DNA of 63,935 nucleotides, filler included, from Bipalium vagum (lineage: Eukaryota): assembly GCA_037834085.1 (NCBI GenBank). It is 3 parts of 3 records of this genome, joined end to end, with 100 filler letters (N's around TTAATTAATTAA, not from the genome) between each part and the next. Parts side by side here need not be neighbours in the genome. Positions count along the whole stretch, not along the records: positions 37,497 to 63,935 come from JBBMKC010147102.1; 2 more parts are not named here. The stretch is one strand, 5' to 3'. Under the pieces are notes generated by a model. That model did not search any database. It was given only the letters and a program-made list of their open reading frames with translations, and was not told the origin of the DNA. The position numbers and the translations under genes were made by a program. Position 1 is the stretch's first letter. Every line of letters starts with the position of its first letter. Positions 48,929 through 60,948 of the stretch are shown piece by piece.

Positions 48929-51248
48929 CTAACATCTATAATAAAAATCAACAGTGTACTTTGCAATGGCTCCAGCAGCTGATGCTTTAACGTTACTGTC
49001 ATTTTGCTTCAACATTTCGATTAATGGAGGAATTGTCTCTTCTTTAATGGAAAGTTCCTTTCCTTCCTTGTTCATCCTATTGCAAGTAAATCTTAATTAT
49101 CCTTGGTCAAATTACCTTACGCAATGTCTAAAATACATTTAGCACTTTTAGCTTTTATTGAGTCTTTGTCATGCGTGAGTAATTTGGTCAGAATTTTTAT
49201 GCCTTCGCTTTTCAAAGCATCTCTAACATCAAGCAGCAAGCAATAATGCAGACATTCCAAAATCGATTCCTGAAATAAATTAAATTTTTCAAAAAATGGG
49301 TAACACTGGTTGTTTTATTGCTACTTGGAAAATCATTTCAATTGAAAACCGGTCATAATATATTATAGGTTAGTTTCTGGAAAAAGAAGTTTAAGATAAA
49401 TAAAGACTGTTTTGTTATTAAAAATTTATTATTAGTATAAAATATATTTTTAACCGTTTTAATAATCACAGCGAATTCAAAAGAGGATGAAATTGAAATG
49501 TGAGCATTGTAAGATATTTTTGATTCCACAAAGATTTAAGAGAAGATAAAATACTTCGGATGGGAAATCTATCGTACAGTGGGAAATCTATCCCATTGAT
49601 TATCACCTGTTTCCTTCTTTGGAACACAATTTGATGAATCGAACTTTCGGAAATAAGGATGATGTAAATTTCTGCTTAAAAAACTTATTATTATTTAGTT
49701 TAATAAATTGAATGATAATTTTGCGGAATATCGAGCAAAGATTATGGACAACAATGCAAATATTTCATTGACTAAAATTTAGTCACTTAGTTGTTATTTG
49801 TGCTATAATAAATGTTTCTGAAATTGTTGAAAATAATTGATTACTTTCCAGTAACCACAATATTTGTAAACTTTCTTGTAATCCTGGCAATTTTGACATG
49901 ATTCCAATGGGAAGATTGAATAATTGATGAACTTGTACTAATTAATATACATACTATATATAATATATGATCATCCGGAAAGTCCTGTGGATTTTTTAAA
50001 CCTGCTTAATTTCTTACAAAATATTAAAAAATGAATTTTTCTGTCACAACCACATGATCAATTCTGAAAAGAGTTCCTCTAAGTTATTAGATCTTATGGT
50101 CACCATCAATTCAAATGACAGGAGTTGACAAAACGGATAATACCAGACCGCACGTTTCATGGATTATTGTCTATCACCGTATTATTTGGATTACCATTTA
50201 TTACAATCACTACAAAATTAAGGGGGAAAGAGTTTGGTTCATCTGGAGGAGACCATCAAAACGTACATAGATGATCTTTTCAACCTAGGGCCAAAAAATT
50301 TTCTATCAGCGACTGAATTTTCAGTTGCTTAACAGTTGGCAAAGGGTAATTAGAAAGAAGGGCCATATTTTGTTTAATGGGGTTGAATATTTGGTTCTTT
50401 TTACTTAAAATGATTGTCAAAATCTTCAGGATTTTCTGGATGATCTAATATAGTAGATATTAAATCTACTATGATACTATTAATTTGTATACGTATATTC
50501 ATTATTCGACCTTTCAACCGGAATCATGAAAAAATTTTCTGGATATCGGAATAATTTTATTTATATTATGGTTTCATGGGTGAACTGACAAGAGTTTTTA
50601 CATAAAATATTACTTTCAATTCATCAGGTTCTTCCTGTACTTTAACAAAAAGCATTGGAACAATATTAGCGTTAATAATGGCTTCGGCTCCAAACCAGTA
50701 TTCAGAAATAATTTCCAAGGTTTGATAAACAAGATTTCTAATCACGACTTGGCTATCAGAAAACAGTCTTCCTAATGCCATAACGACTCCATTTTCTAAC
50801 AAGGCCAGTCTCCCCACAGAATGCTCTAAATTCATACTCAGTTGGTACTTAACACATAATATTTTATTCACTGCTGTAGACGCAACAAACTTCAACGGCC
50901 ATTTTTCTGCAAGATATATCACATTCTTCTAATAAACTTCTAACAGCTGGCACCATTCCTAGATATAATTTATGAAATGATTTATTTTGATGAGATATTA
51001 CCGCCAGATATAGATGATGCAATATGCTCATGGTCATGCAAATAATCAATTAATGCTTTCAATGCTCTTTGTCTAGTCAATAAAATCGGACTATTTAATT
51101 CCCTTCTCTATATATATGATAAATTTGAATAATTATTCCAATATAAATCAGTACTAGTCGCGGTATAGCACCAAATCCATATGCTAAAGTAGCTTTTGTA
51201 GGATCAATATTTGGAGGTGGTTCAAACGACACTTGTGATCCAGCCATA
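48929..51248 (-). CDS. RSPH14: Radial spoke head protein 14 (armadillo-repeat, RTDR1); six exons visible, C-terminal exons not found
   Basis: MAGSQVSFEPPPNIDPTKATLAYGFGAIPRL|..RELNSPILLTRQRALKALIDYLHD...HSVGRLALLE...GAEAII...ESILECLHYCL...IKAKSAKCILDIA|MNKEGK...NVKASAAGAI parallels RSPH14 motifs (AYG..ALPKL, TRQKAL.ALCD.MHD, HSVGR, GAQEII, VKSNAAGAL). Confidence 0.88.
49966..50448 (+). mobile_element. Internally deleted mariner element in an RSPH14 intron
   Basis: TA-flanked TIRs TATGATCATCCGGAAAGTCCTG / reverse complement TTAGATCATCCAGAAAATCCTG; internal DNTRPHV and DYHLLQSLQN mariner motifs. Confidence 0.75.
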
Positions 51249-51288
51249 ATATTTTTTCAAATTATTTAATTTGAAATATGTAATAATA

Positions 51289-51302
51289 GTTGCTATAGTT
51301 AC
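51289..51302. promoter_or_regulatory. RFX X-box upstream of RSPH14
   Basis: GTTGCTATAGTTAC, an imperfect palindrome fitting the GTTGCY.T.GYWAC X-box, 40 nt upstream of the ATG of a motile-cilium gene. Confidence 0.7.
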
Positions 51303-52959
51303 AAAATGTCAAACAAACGTAAAATATAAGAACATTCAGATGAATTATCATTGTTTTTATTAGTTTTTTTTATAAAGATATGTATGATTCATTATTTGAA
51401 AGAATTTTAAAACTATTAATAAAAAATTGGAAAAGGATTTTGGTACAAAATATAAATAAATTATGATTTTCACTTTTATTTGTATAAATAAAAACTATGT
51501 AATCATTGAAATATTCTCAATATTATTATCAATTGGTCAGTTATATACGGCTACAAAGCCATACAAACAATATTTATAAAACTTGATATTTAATAAACTA
51601 TTATTAAAGGTATTTTTGAGAAAATTCAAATTATTGAAATTAAGTAAATTAATTTTTTTTCAAAATTAATTTTCTATAAATTTAAGTTTTATTAGTCTTG
51701 ATTACTGGAATAGAATTTGGTTAATTGATCTTGTAGCTTCTGATACCGTTTTATCATGATGAAAATAGAAAGTCCTATCATGTCAACTATTAACCTAACT
51801 CGGTATTTTGTTTTTCATTTTTTACAGATTTATTAATAATACCTGGTATGCAAACAAGTCTGTGGATTTATTAAAATTCTGTGTAAAACGTCTGTTTTTA
51901 GTATACATAAAATATACCATAATGAATCAGTTTGTAAGGATTCGCATGTAAGTTAAAAGGGTTTTTTGTTTTCCGTAAATTCTATACTTAAAATGTGGTT
52001 ATAACTTTTTAGCTCACCAAGTCCCTTGTAAATAATAAAGACGAATAAAAATGTAATTAACAAAAGGTATATTTTTATCACAGTAAAAAGTCTATTTTTA
52101 AATTATAGTTGATATTACCACAATGATTATTATTTATTTAATTAAATACATTCTTGGTTTTCTGATGTCACGATTTTTATTATGTCGCCTAGATCAAAGC
52201 AGAATTGATTTAGCAATAAAGCACTGAAAAAAGAAAATTAAAAGGATTATTGATGAGAAGGATTTACTTCTATCACTAAAATAAACAAATAATATTATGT
52301 AAGTAGATTAACAAGAAATCGGTTTTAAAATAAGAATAATATAATTACTTACTTTTATTATTACCGATACCCTTTTTCTTAGTTTTCTTCTAGAATATCT
52401 GATGTGTCCTTAAGGGCAAATCGTACTGAAATCGTTTCGGTATTTATACTACCAAATTCCACGATTTAAGCGACCTGTTCGGTTTAAATATGATAGTTTC
52501 TTTCTATTTTTAACAGATTCTTCTATTAATAAACTAGGCTTACAAAATTTAGTAACAATCGATGGAAAATGTTTACTTTAGTTGAAATGAAATATAAAAT
52601 TTTTTCGATATTTATGTTATTTATTAATTTAAGATTAACGTAATAAAAAAATTTTTGTGCGGAAAATATTTTTTAACAAAAAATTAATTTAAAAATTAAA
52701 AATTAAAAATATATATATACATATATTATTAATCAAAGTCATTATTAATCAAAGAAAGGCAACCAAATATTAACATCCAAACAGGAGAGAGCAAGAACCA
52801 ATGGATGGCAATCTGTCGAGGACTTTTTCAATATACACATAATATTCTACAATGAATGATTATTTTCCACGGTTTCAATATTAGATTAGTTAAATATTAG
52901 ATTCTTCATATGTTCGAGGTTTAACTGCGCTAACTTGAACCATCTCGTTAGGTTGTTCT

Positions 52960-53455
52960 CTATTCTCACATAGCTTGACCAGATCTCAAATTTACATTAC
53001 TTCAATCTTCACCCTTGTTATTAGAGCTTCTTGAAGACCCGTGTTCTTGACTCTTTTTTCTAAGAAATCAGCTAAAATTTCATCTTTGGATAATCCGGAG
53101 TCCAGGACCTTGCCCAGCAGATTTTGAACTCTGATTTCAAAGGTTACAAATATTTCATCACTATTTTGCTTCACCTCAGCAAGTTCCATTATAGTCTCAG
53201 AAATCGACTTTTTAGTGGTAAAAATCTCCAGAAACCAAGCCTTTCCTTCCACTTTTGTAGTCGCCTCTGTCTTAAAATGTCGCCACAAAATTGCAGCCTC
53301 ATCGGGCAGCAAGAGGTCGAATACATAAGTCATTAAGTTTGAGCCATTCTTCTATATCCTTGAACCATCATTCGGTCACACTTGAACTTCTTCCATTGAA
53401 TCGGCGAACATTAAAGTTGAATAAATCTTGAGCTTTACTCGGCAAACCATCCATA
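52960..53455 (-). mobile_element. LTR-retrotransposon gag-like pseudogene
   Basis: MDGLP...VRRFNGRSSSVTE*WFKDIEEWLKLN then frameshift to DLLLPDEAAILWRHF...ELAEVKQNSDEIFVTFEIRVQNL, typical gag capsid pattern; a possible LTR on the opposite strand at about 53600-54215 (TATAAAA 53730, AATAAA 54151). Confidence 0.55.
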
Positions 53456-55361
53456 ATTATTTTCTTGTCTTGTCTTTTTGTGATAACATTGACATGGTCT
53501 CCAGTTAGTTCGTTCTTCATAAAGTAGAGAATATAAAACGTGAAGGTCAAAAAGTATTTATTCAAACAAATCAATAGTAAATAACATAACTTTGAGAATG
53601 TGAATGTCGATTTTCTAAGATGAGATAAGCGTCCGCAATTAGGAATTACTTTGGTATTAAGTGCTTAAAAAGGGAATTGGCATTCCCAATTAAGAATATT
53701 GCTCTAAAACTGAGTAGTCTGTTGCTTAGTATAAAAGGCACTGGAGTCTTCAATGGACTGGCAAAAAAGGAATTTGGAAAATTTTCATTTTGTTTGATTA
53801 AGAAGACTTTAGTGTCGGAAGAATCATATTTTACGAAAACAAAACTCATTGGTAAGATGTTTATGAACCATCATCAAACAACCATAGGACCCATCGTCTT
53901 CTAAAGTAGTAAGTCTTTTAGTTTTTTTATTTTACTTTTCTTTTACTTTTACATTTGAATTATCGATTATATTTGACTTACATTTGATCTGATTATTATT
54001 TGATTTGACTTTCATATTTATTGATTGTTTTTATTTCAGTATATTTAGTTCGATTTATTGATTTTGAATTCGCCATACTTGATTTATTGGAGGCATTTTA
54101 CAGTTGAAACTGATTTATTGTGTGACAATCATGTCTTAGTTTATTGACAAAATAAAGTTTTATTGTGATGTGATTGTCGTGCCTATGCAGTCAGTCGAAG
54201 TGTTTGGTTAATCAGTAGAATGAAAAATTTTATTGATATATGAAATTTTTAAGAATTTTAAATTAAAATTATCAATATTCATATTAAGCTAAATCACTAC
54301 ATTCAAATCTCTCATTAATTGTGGTTAAATTCATTAACAAAATTATCGAAAATAAACCACAGATAAGATAATAAGTTCTATTTTTCATCAACACAAAATT
54401 TACTCAATAAATTTCAATGTTTTTAAGTCTACAATGGTCAACAAACAAACATTCAACCATTATATTATAACAGATCTATATAAAAAATATAGAATTTATA
54501 TCCTATTTATGGAATATAAAGTCAGTAATTTTCATCCACAGACAAAGAAACACTTCTAAGGGTTAAATAATTGAATATTACAACGCCAAAATTAGGCAAA
54601 ATAACAAAAATTTACCAAAATAACAAAGTCGCAATGAATGCAGTAAATAACAGAAAAATAATAATAAAAGGAAATAAATAAAAATATGAACAAGTTCACC
54701 TGATCCGGATGTATAACAATTCTTTAGCGTACTACTCGTTGCTGATAAAGGTTCACGGAATCCGGGACACCCTTAAAATTATTAAGGGACATATATTGTG
54801 TTAAATTGAAGGGGTAAATCTTTTGCAATTGAATCTCTCTTTTTTGAAAAATTACAGTATTAATAATCAATAAATATCTTTCAACCTAGTTTTTTTTAAA
54901 AGAATCACTGTAAATTAGTCTGGCCCTTTCCGGTGAATCAAAACTCAAGCTCTCAGAATTTATAGCTAAGCAGTTCATTTAGTGCAACATCAGCTAATGC
55001 CACCCAGATCAGAGTGAAAGAAAAGAGTTTATCCCAGTTTCAGTAAGGAAAAGAAAAAAACTAATTAAAAAGCTTTATCGCAAGAACAGTAAATATCAAT
55101 AAGTCTTTTAGTACAAAAAATATTCCTTTGTTGTTATTATTAATATTATATTATTTTTAAGAGATATTATTTTGTTTTTATTATAATTATTAATGTTATT
55201 ATTATTATGACTATTATTATAAGTCTTCTTTTTCAAATTATTTATTTTTGAAGATAATAAAATAATATTTTAGACATTTAATACATTTTTTCTAAAATTT
55301 ATAATGCATTATAGAAATGTTTATTTTATATTGATTTTTGATTATTATTCAATTTTATTAA

Positions 55362-58300
55362 ATGCATACTACGAGGGAAATTGTTAGCTTACATTTTGGA
55401 CAAGCTGGTGTACAATTAGGAGATGCAATTTGGCAGACAATAACAGCGGAACATGATATTTCTGCATCGGGAGAATTACCTCCAAATGCTATTTATAGTG
55501 CTAAAGAAACTAGTTGCCTTAAAACATTTTTTCACAATGGACCTAGTACCAAATACATCCCAAGAGCATTATTCGTGGACAGTGAGCCAACTGTAGTAGG
55601 TATTTTTATTTGATAAAAAGTTTTCTTTTTAAAACCAATTGTTTTAATAAGTACTACATAGGTATTACCTTTTCTATTATTTATATTACAACCAAGAATT
55701 TTTGGTAGATTTGTGATGTGTAATCAATCTTAATTTTTATCACTAAGCAGTTAAATTCTTCCGGAAATTCCATAAAATATTTTTAATGGATTACTCAAAG
55801 TGCAAAATAATGATAATATTTAAATAATAAATATTTTCAAAAAAGAATTTTATTTCTTTATTGGATTATTAAAAACTATGATAATCAAAATAATAAAAGT
55901 TGAGAGTAATTAAAAAACAAATTTTTACAATTTATTTCAATAATTTTATGTATATAATTTGATACCAAATTTGCAAAAATTAAAAATTAAATCAACATAT
56001 TTAAAATAATATTTATATTAAATAAAAAATTATTTTATTTTAAATTTAGAAGAATAGAATAAATTTATTTTATCTTTTAATAATGAAGAAAATACGATGA
56101 AAACCAAGAAAATATTAAAGTCAACTGACAATTATCTGGTAACAGATCTAATCATTTCAAATTAGTATTATAATAAATAAAATTGGTTATTATAAACGTT
56201 ATAAGCCAAAAAAACCTTTTCAAAATTATGCTTCTAAAAATTTAAATGTGAACGTTAAATTCTCATTTAATAAAATAGACTTCCACTTTGGACATGAATT
56301 ATTTTTAAACAATAATATTCTTGAATGATATATTATAAAGGAATATAATACTGTAAATACTTAAAGGAATTGCTTCTAATTCATCAAAGTTTTTATAATG
56401 AAAATCTAAAAAATAAAGGGTGTCCAATAAAATTTCATAATAATTTAATGGAATAATAAAATTTATAAGTTTCTGATGATTGATAAATATGGTTGCCTTT
56501 CTAGCCAATACTTTTTATAAATTCACTTGATATACATTTCATTTTTAGATATTAATATTAAATGTTTAACAATGACAACAAAAAAAAGACTTATTAAAAA
56601 AGTATGTAACATTTTATGAGTAATCACGGAGCTGGTAAAAAGTATACGGCTTTGCACTTTTCATAAGTAAATTTCCCAAAGCAAAAATTTTTTCCATTCT
56701 ACAAACATACAATAACTTACAAACAGAAAGGTCAAGAAGTGAACATAAGGTCAAAAGACCACGGTTCCAAAACTAAATCAGATCAAAACCTATTTTTATG
56801 GTAATCATGAGTTACAATATGTTGTGCGGCTAGGGAATGTTTCAAAGTCATCTTTAATTAAAACATTGAAAAAATTAGAAATCAATTAAACATAATTAAG
56901 AAAGAAAAGATACCAATATAGAAACCCAACAATTTCAACGAAAACGGAAATTTGATCGATTGCATAAAGATTTTTTCAATAAATAGATTATTCTTGACAT
57001 TTGTCAACATGGTATACTCAGACAATAAAGTAGTCCAAAGGAGGCCGTCACCAATCACAGAGAACAAATCTGTTTAAACGCATATCATACAAAAAATTGA
57101 ACAGAAAACCGAAACCAGTTCAAAAACTAAATTCCAAATCAGAGAACCAGAATGGAAAAATCGAAACTTCAAAAAATGAAAGGTCAAATTATTATAATTT
57201 ATTTATTTATTAATAATTTAAAGTCATTATTTTATAAGCCCGGCTTTGAAATAGACTCTCGTTTGCTCTCACATATCAGAAATAATTATAACAAAGACGA
57301 ATACGTGTTTGCACTTACTTTGGTCCTTCACATTACTCCAAAAACAATCCTGAGTTTCTAAAAACAAAATTGTATAAATTTTGTTTAAAAAAATCCTGCT
57401 AACATATCAGAAATACATTAGAACTTTCGAGGGGTGTGTATAGATAGTGCAGAGAAGGTACAAATGCCGACCAACTCATTAATCGTATTAAATATTACAT
57501 TCCGAAATCGTACCAAGATGTTTCACAAAACATAGATAGTAACACATTACAACGGATCAGTACTGTGTGTGGTAAAAAACTTTTAAAAATTAAATGATAT
57601 TTCTAAAATGTAAATACCTTGTTGTAGATTTGGAAATAAAACGTTTATTGTTGATTAATATAATAAGTGAAAAATTTTTTATTTTGAAATTTATTGGACA
57701 CCCGTTATAATTATTGACATAATGATATGCATTCGCTCGTTGCATAAACATTGTTTCCTATGATATTCTAGAATCCATTTATCATTAATGTTAGATTTTG
57801 AAAAGATTTTTTTATTCATAGATGAAATACGGACTGGATATTATCGCAATCTGTTCCATCCAGAATTACTTATAACAAGTATTGAAGATGCAGCAAATAA
57901 TTTTAGCAGAGGATTTTATACAATTGGGTATAAAATGCTTCATCCACTCATTGATAAATGTAGATACATTGCAGAAAGTTGTGACAATTTTCAAGGATTT
58001 ATTGGTTTTTCCGGAACAGGAGGTGGTACCGGTAGTGGTTTGTTTTCCTTGTTTTTAGAGAGAGCGATGGTAGAATATAGTGGAAAAACGGCATTAGGAA
58101 ATATAATTGTTCCTGGAAAGACATTAAGTAATTGTGTTGTAGATCCTTATAACACAGTTTTGAGACTGAGTAAAGGATGTTCAGATGATTTAAATTTCAT
58201 TATTGATAATGAAAGTCTGTACTCAATCAGTAAACTAGTGAATGTTTGCAGACCAAGTTATCATAGTATTAATAGAATTCTCACTCCAGTGTTTTCTACT

Positions 58301-59089
58301 ATTACAGCTCCTATCAGGTTTGAGGGATCGTTAACAGGAAGTATAAATGAAATATCCACAAACCTAATTCCTTACCCTAGGATAAATTTTCCAATGATGA
58401 GTTACACTCCTTTTGATTCTACTGAAGTCTCAGAAAGACAACCATATTCATGTAATGATTTAACCTTAACCTTGTTTGAAGAATCGAATAATATGTTGAG
58501 CCAGAACTTAAGTAAAGGAATATTCATGTCTTCTATATTGATATACAGAGGACATTTTGTAGTTAATGATATCATTTCTTCCATTTGCAATCTGAAAAAG
58601 CAGAATAAATTCCGGTGGGTTAATTGGTGTCCAACCGGTTTCAAAATTACCCATACGAACATTCCAGCAATTCACACATTTGAGACCAATGTTTATCAGC
58701 CTTCGAAGTCGATATTAATGCTTGCAAATCATTCTGCAATAATTAATAAGTTAAAGCAAGAGTCAAAGAAATTTAATTTATTGTTTCATAAAAGGTCATA
58801 TATTCATTGGTATTTGGGAGAAGGAATGGAGGAGGTTGAATTTAAAATTGCTATCGAAGGTATTAAGAGAATAAAAACGGATTATAAAGAAGCTCTTTTC
58901 GATGATTCGGAAAAAACTGAGTCTCATTCTGAGACTAAAAGTAAGGAAAAAGAAAAAAAAAGTTCAAGATTTTTTGAAAATCTTAGAAATATGTCAAACA
59001 TATTGACAGTAAACAAAAAGGATAGTACCGAATATGATTATACTCATTCAACTATTTATACAAAAAAGAATACTTTTGGTTTACATTAA
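55362..59089 (+). CDS. Divergent alpha-tubulin, 501 aa; exons 55362-55599 and 57822-59089
   Basis: REIVSLHFGQAGVQLG, PRALFVDSEPTVV|DEIRTG.YRNLFHPE, DAANNFSRG, GGGTGSG, TNLIPYPRI, WCPTGFK, HWYLGEGMEE; phase-1 GT-AG intron; ORF intact. Confidence 0.92.
56416..57705. mobile_element. TA-flanked Tc1/mariner-type TIR element in the tubulin intron
   Basis: TA|AAGGGTGTCCAATAAAATTTCA ... TGAAATTTATTGGACACCCGT|TA; no intact ORF inside. Confidence 0.75.
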
Positions 59090-59239
59090 AATAATAAAAA
59101 TGTATAATTCTTCTTTCTTGAATGTTTAAATTAGATATTATGGTATCCCATATAAAAATGATCGTTTTAATTCAAAAAATTAAATAAAAAGTTTTTATTT
59201 TACAGCATAAAATTGAGAATTAAGATACAAAACAAATTA

Positions 59240-59600
59240 TCAACATTCTGAAATTTTGCGAATTTCATTTACACACCATTCCGGAAATTTAGAGTCAAAA
59301 AACACTGACAAGGTTTTTTCGCGGTCCTTGTTCTTAAAGCGCTTACCCAACAAGAAATGTGCAATTTCGAGAGCAAGTGGAAGTCGGATGCTGCAACTTC
59401 GGTGGTACGAAGGATGTGGTAGCACTTCAACTCCCTCAATATTTTGTAAAGTTTTCATTGATTTTTTTTAGGTATAAGGTTATGTGTTTTCCACTGCTAA
59501 TAGAACTTTTTTGCTGTTGATTAAAGGAGGATGTTTTATGGCGAGAATCTTTGGTAGTTGATTCAATTATAATATCTGCGTATATTTCCAAGTATAACAT
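59240..59600 (-). mobile_element. mariner transposase remnant
   Basis: GVEVLPHPSY then a frameshift to AASDFHL; KFPEWCVNEIRKI tail. Confidence 0.7.
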
Positions 59601-60948
59601 AACTAATTTATTTTAATAAATTTAAATTTTCAGTATTTATTAATAAATATTATTGATTTATTATTGAAATTTCGCAAAAATGTAAAACAATGAATATGTC
59701 CAAGCTTAATAATTTTTATATAAAAAATTTAAAGAAAACCTAAATTTTCTATGACATCAAGAGAAAGTGTTTAACATACTATCAATCTTCGTGTCTTGAG
59801 TGAATTGTTGATACATCCAAACATTTGTGAAGACTTCCAGCTTCAAAAAACAATAATGACAATTCATGAAAAACACATTCGTAACCCATTATGTAAGGAA
59901 TAAATTAAAATTTTGTTTATCAAATATAAAAGAAAATTATTCCATGTAAAATGAGGAATCTGAAAAGATTAAAATTGTAAACATCCTTTTTTATTAATAA
60001 AATTACATACTGTAATGTTAATATTAATAAATAAATAAATAAAAATATTTAAAAAATATATAATAGAAATATAAAAGTATATAAATAAACATGTAAGATA
60101 TAATAATTAGATTAATATGAAAATAAATAATATTGTAAAAATGTAAAAAATAAATTAGCAACATGATTTCTAATTTAAAAAAAAATAAAATTTAGAGATA
60201 GTTAATATTTATAAAATTGTAGAGAATAAATTTTACAGTGAATTTAAAAATAGTATAATTAATATACTATTCTAAAATATATATAATAATGTTCTTATAT
60301 AAAGGATAAGAGCAAGTAAATAAACGAGAAGACTTGTGGTAAATTGCCTATTTGATAAAAAAGTATTGGCAATTGCTTAGGTGAAAATTCTCTGAAGACC
60401 CTCAATGATTTAATTTAATATGCTCGAATTCGGCATTGGTTTTGTTAAGAATTGATATAATAAATTCAATGAATAAAAGAATTCGAATGAAATTCCTGAT
60501 TTTCTTTGGAAATATGAAAGATAATATGACATCTTCGTAACAATTTTTTTATTCATTTTCTTATTTCACAAATTAAGACTAATCAGAAGAAAAATTTGAC
60601 TACTTCAATCTAGACTAAATCTGAAAGTTATAATTTGACGGAAGTACTTAACATTTCAAGCAAATCTACCAGAAAACTCAGTTAAATCCCTCTTGACACC
60701 AAAGGGTAACCCGAAACAGTCGGAGTGATCAACTAAGGCAACATCGTGATGAATTTCAATTGACAGATTCCAACTTAAGAAATTCAAAGATAACCCTTTT
60801 AAAAAATATAATAAATTTATAATATCTATTTAGATATTTTAAAAATCCATATAATAAACATGAGAAAATAATATATAGAATTATTGATCGATTCTTAAAA
60901 TGTCCGATCTTTAAATTTATTAATAATATAAGCTTTATTAGATATTTT

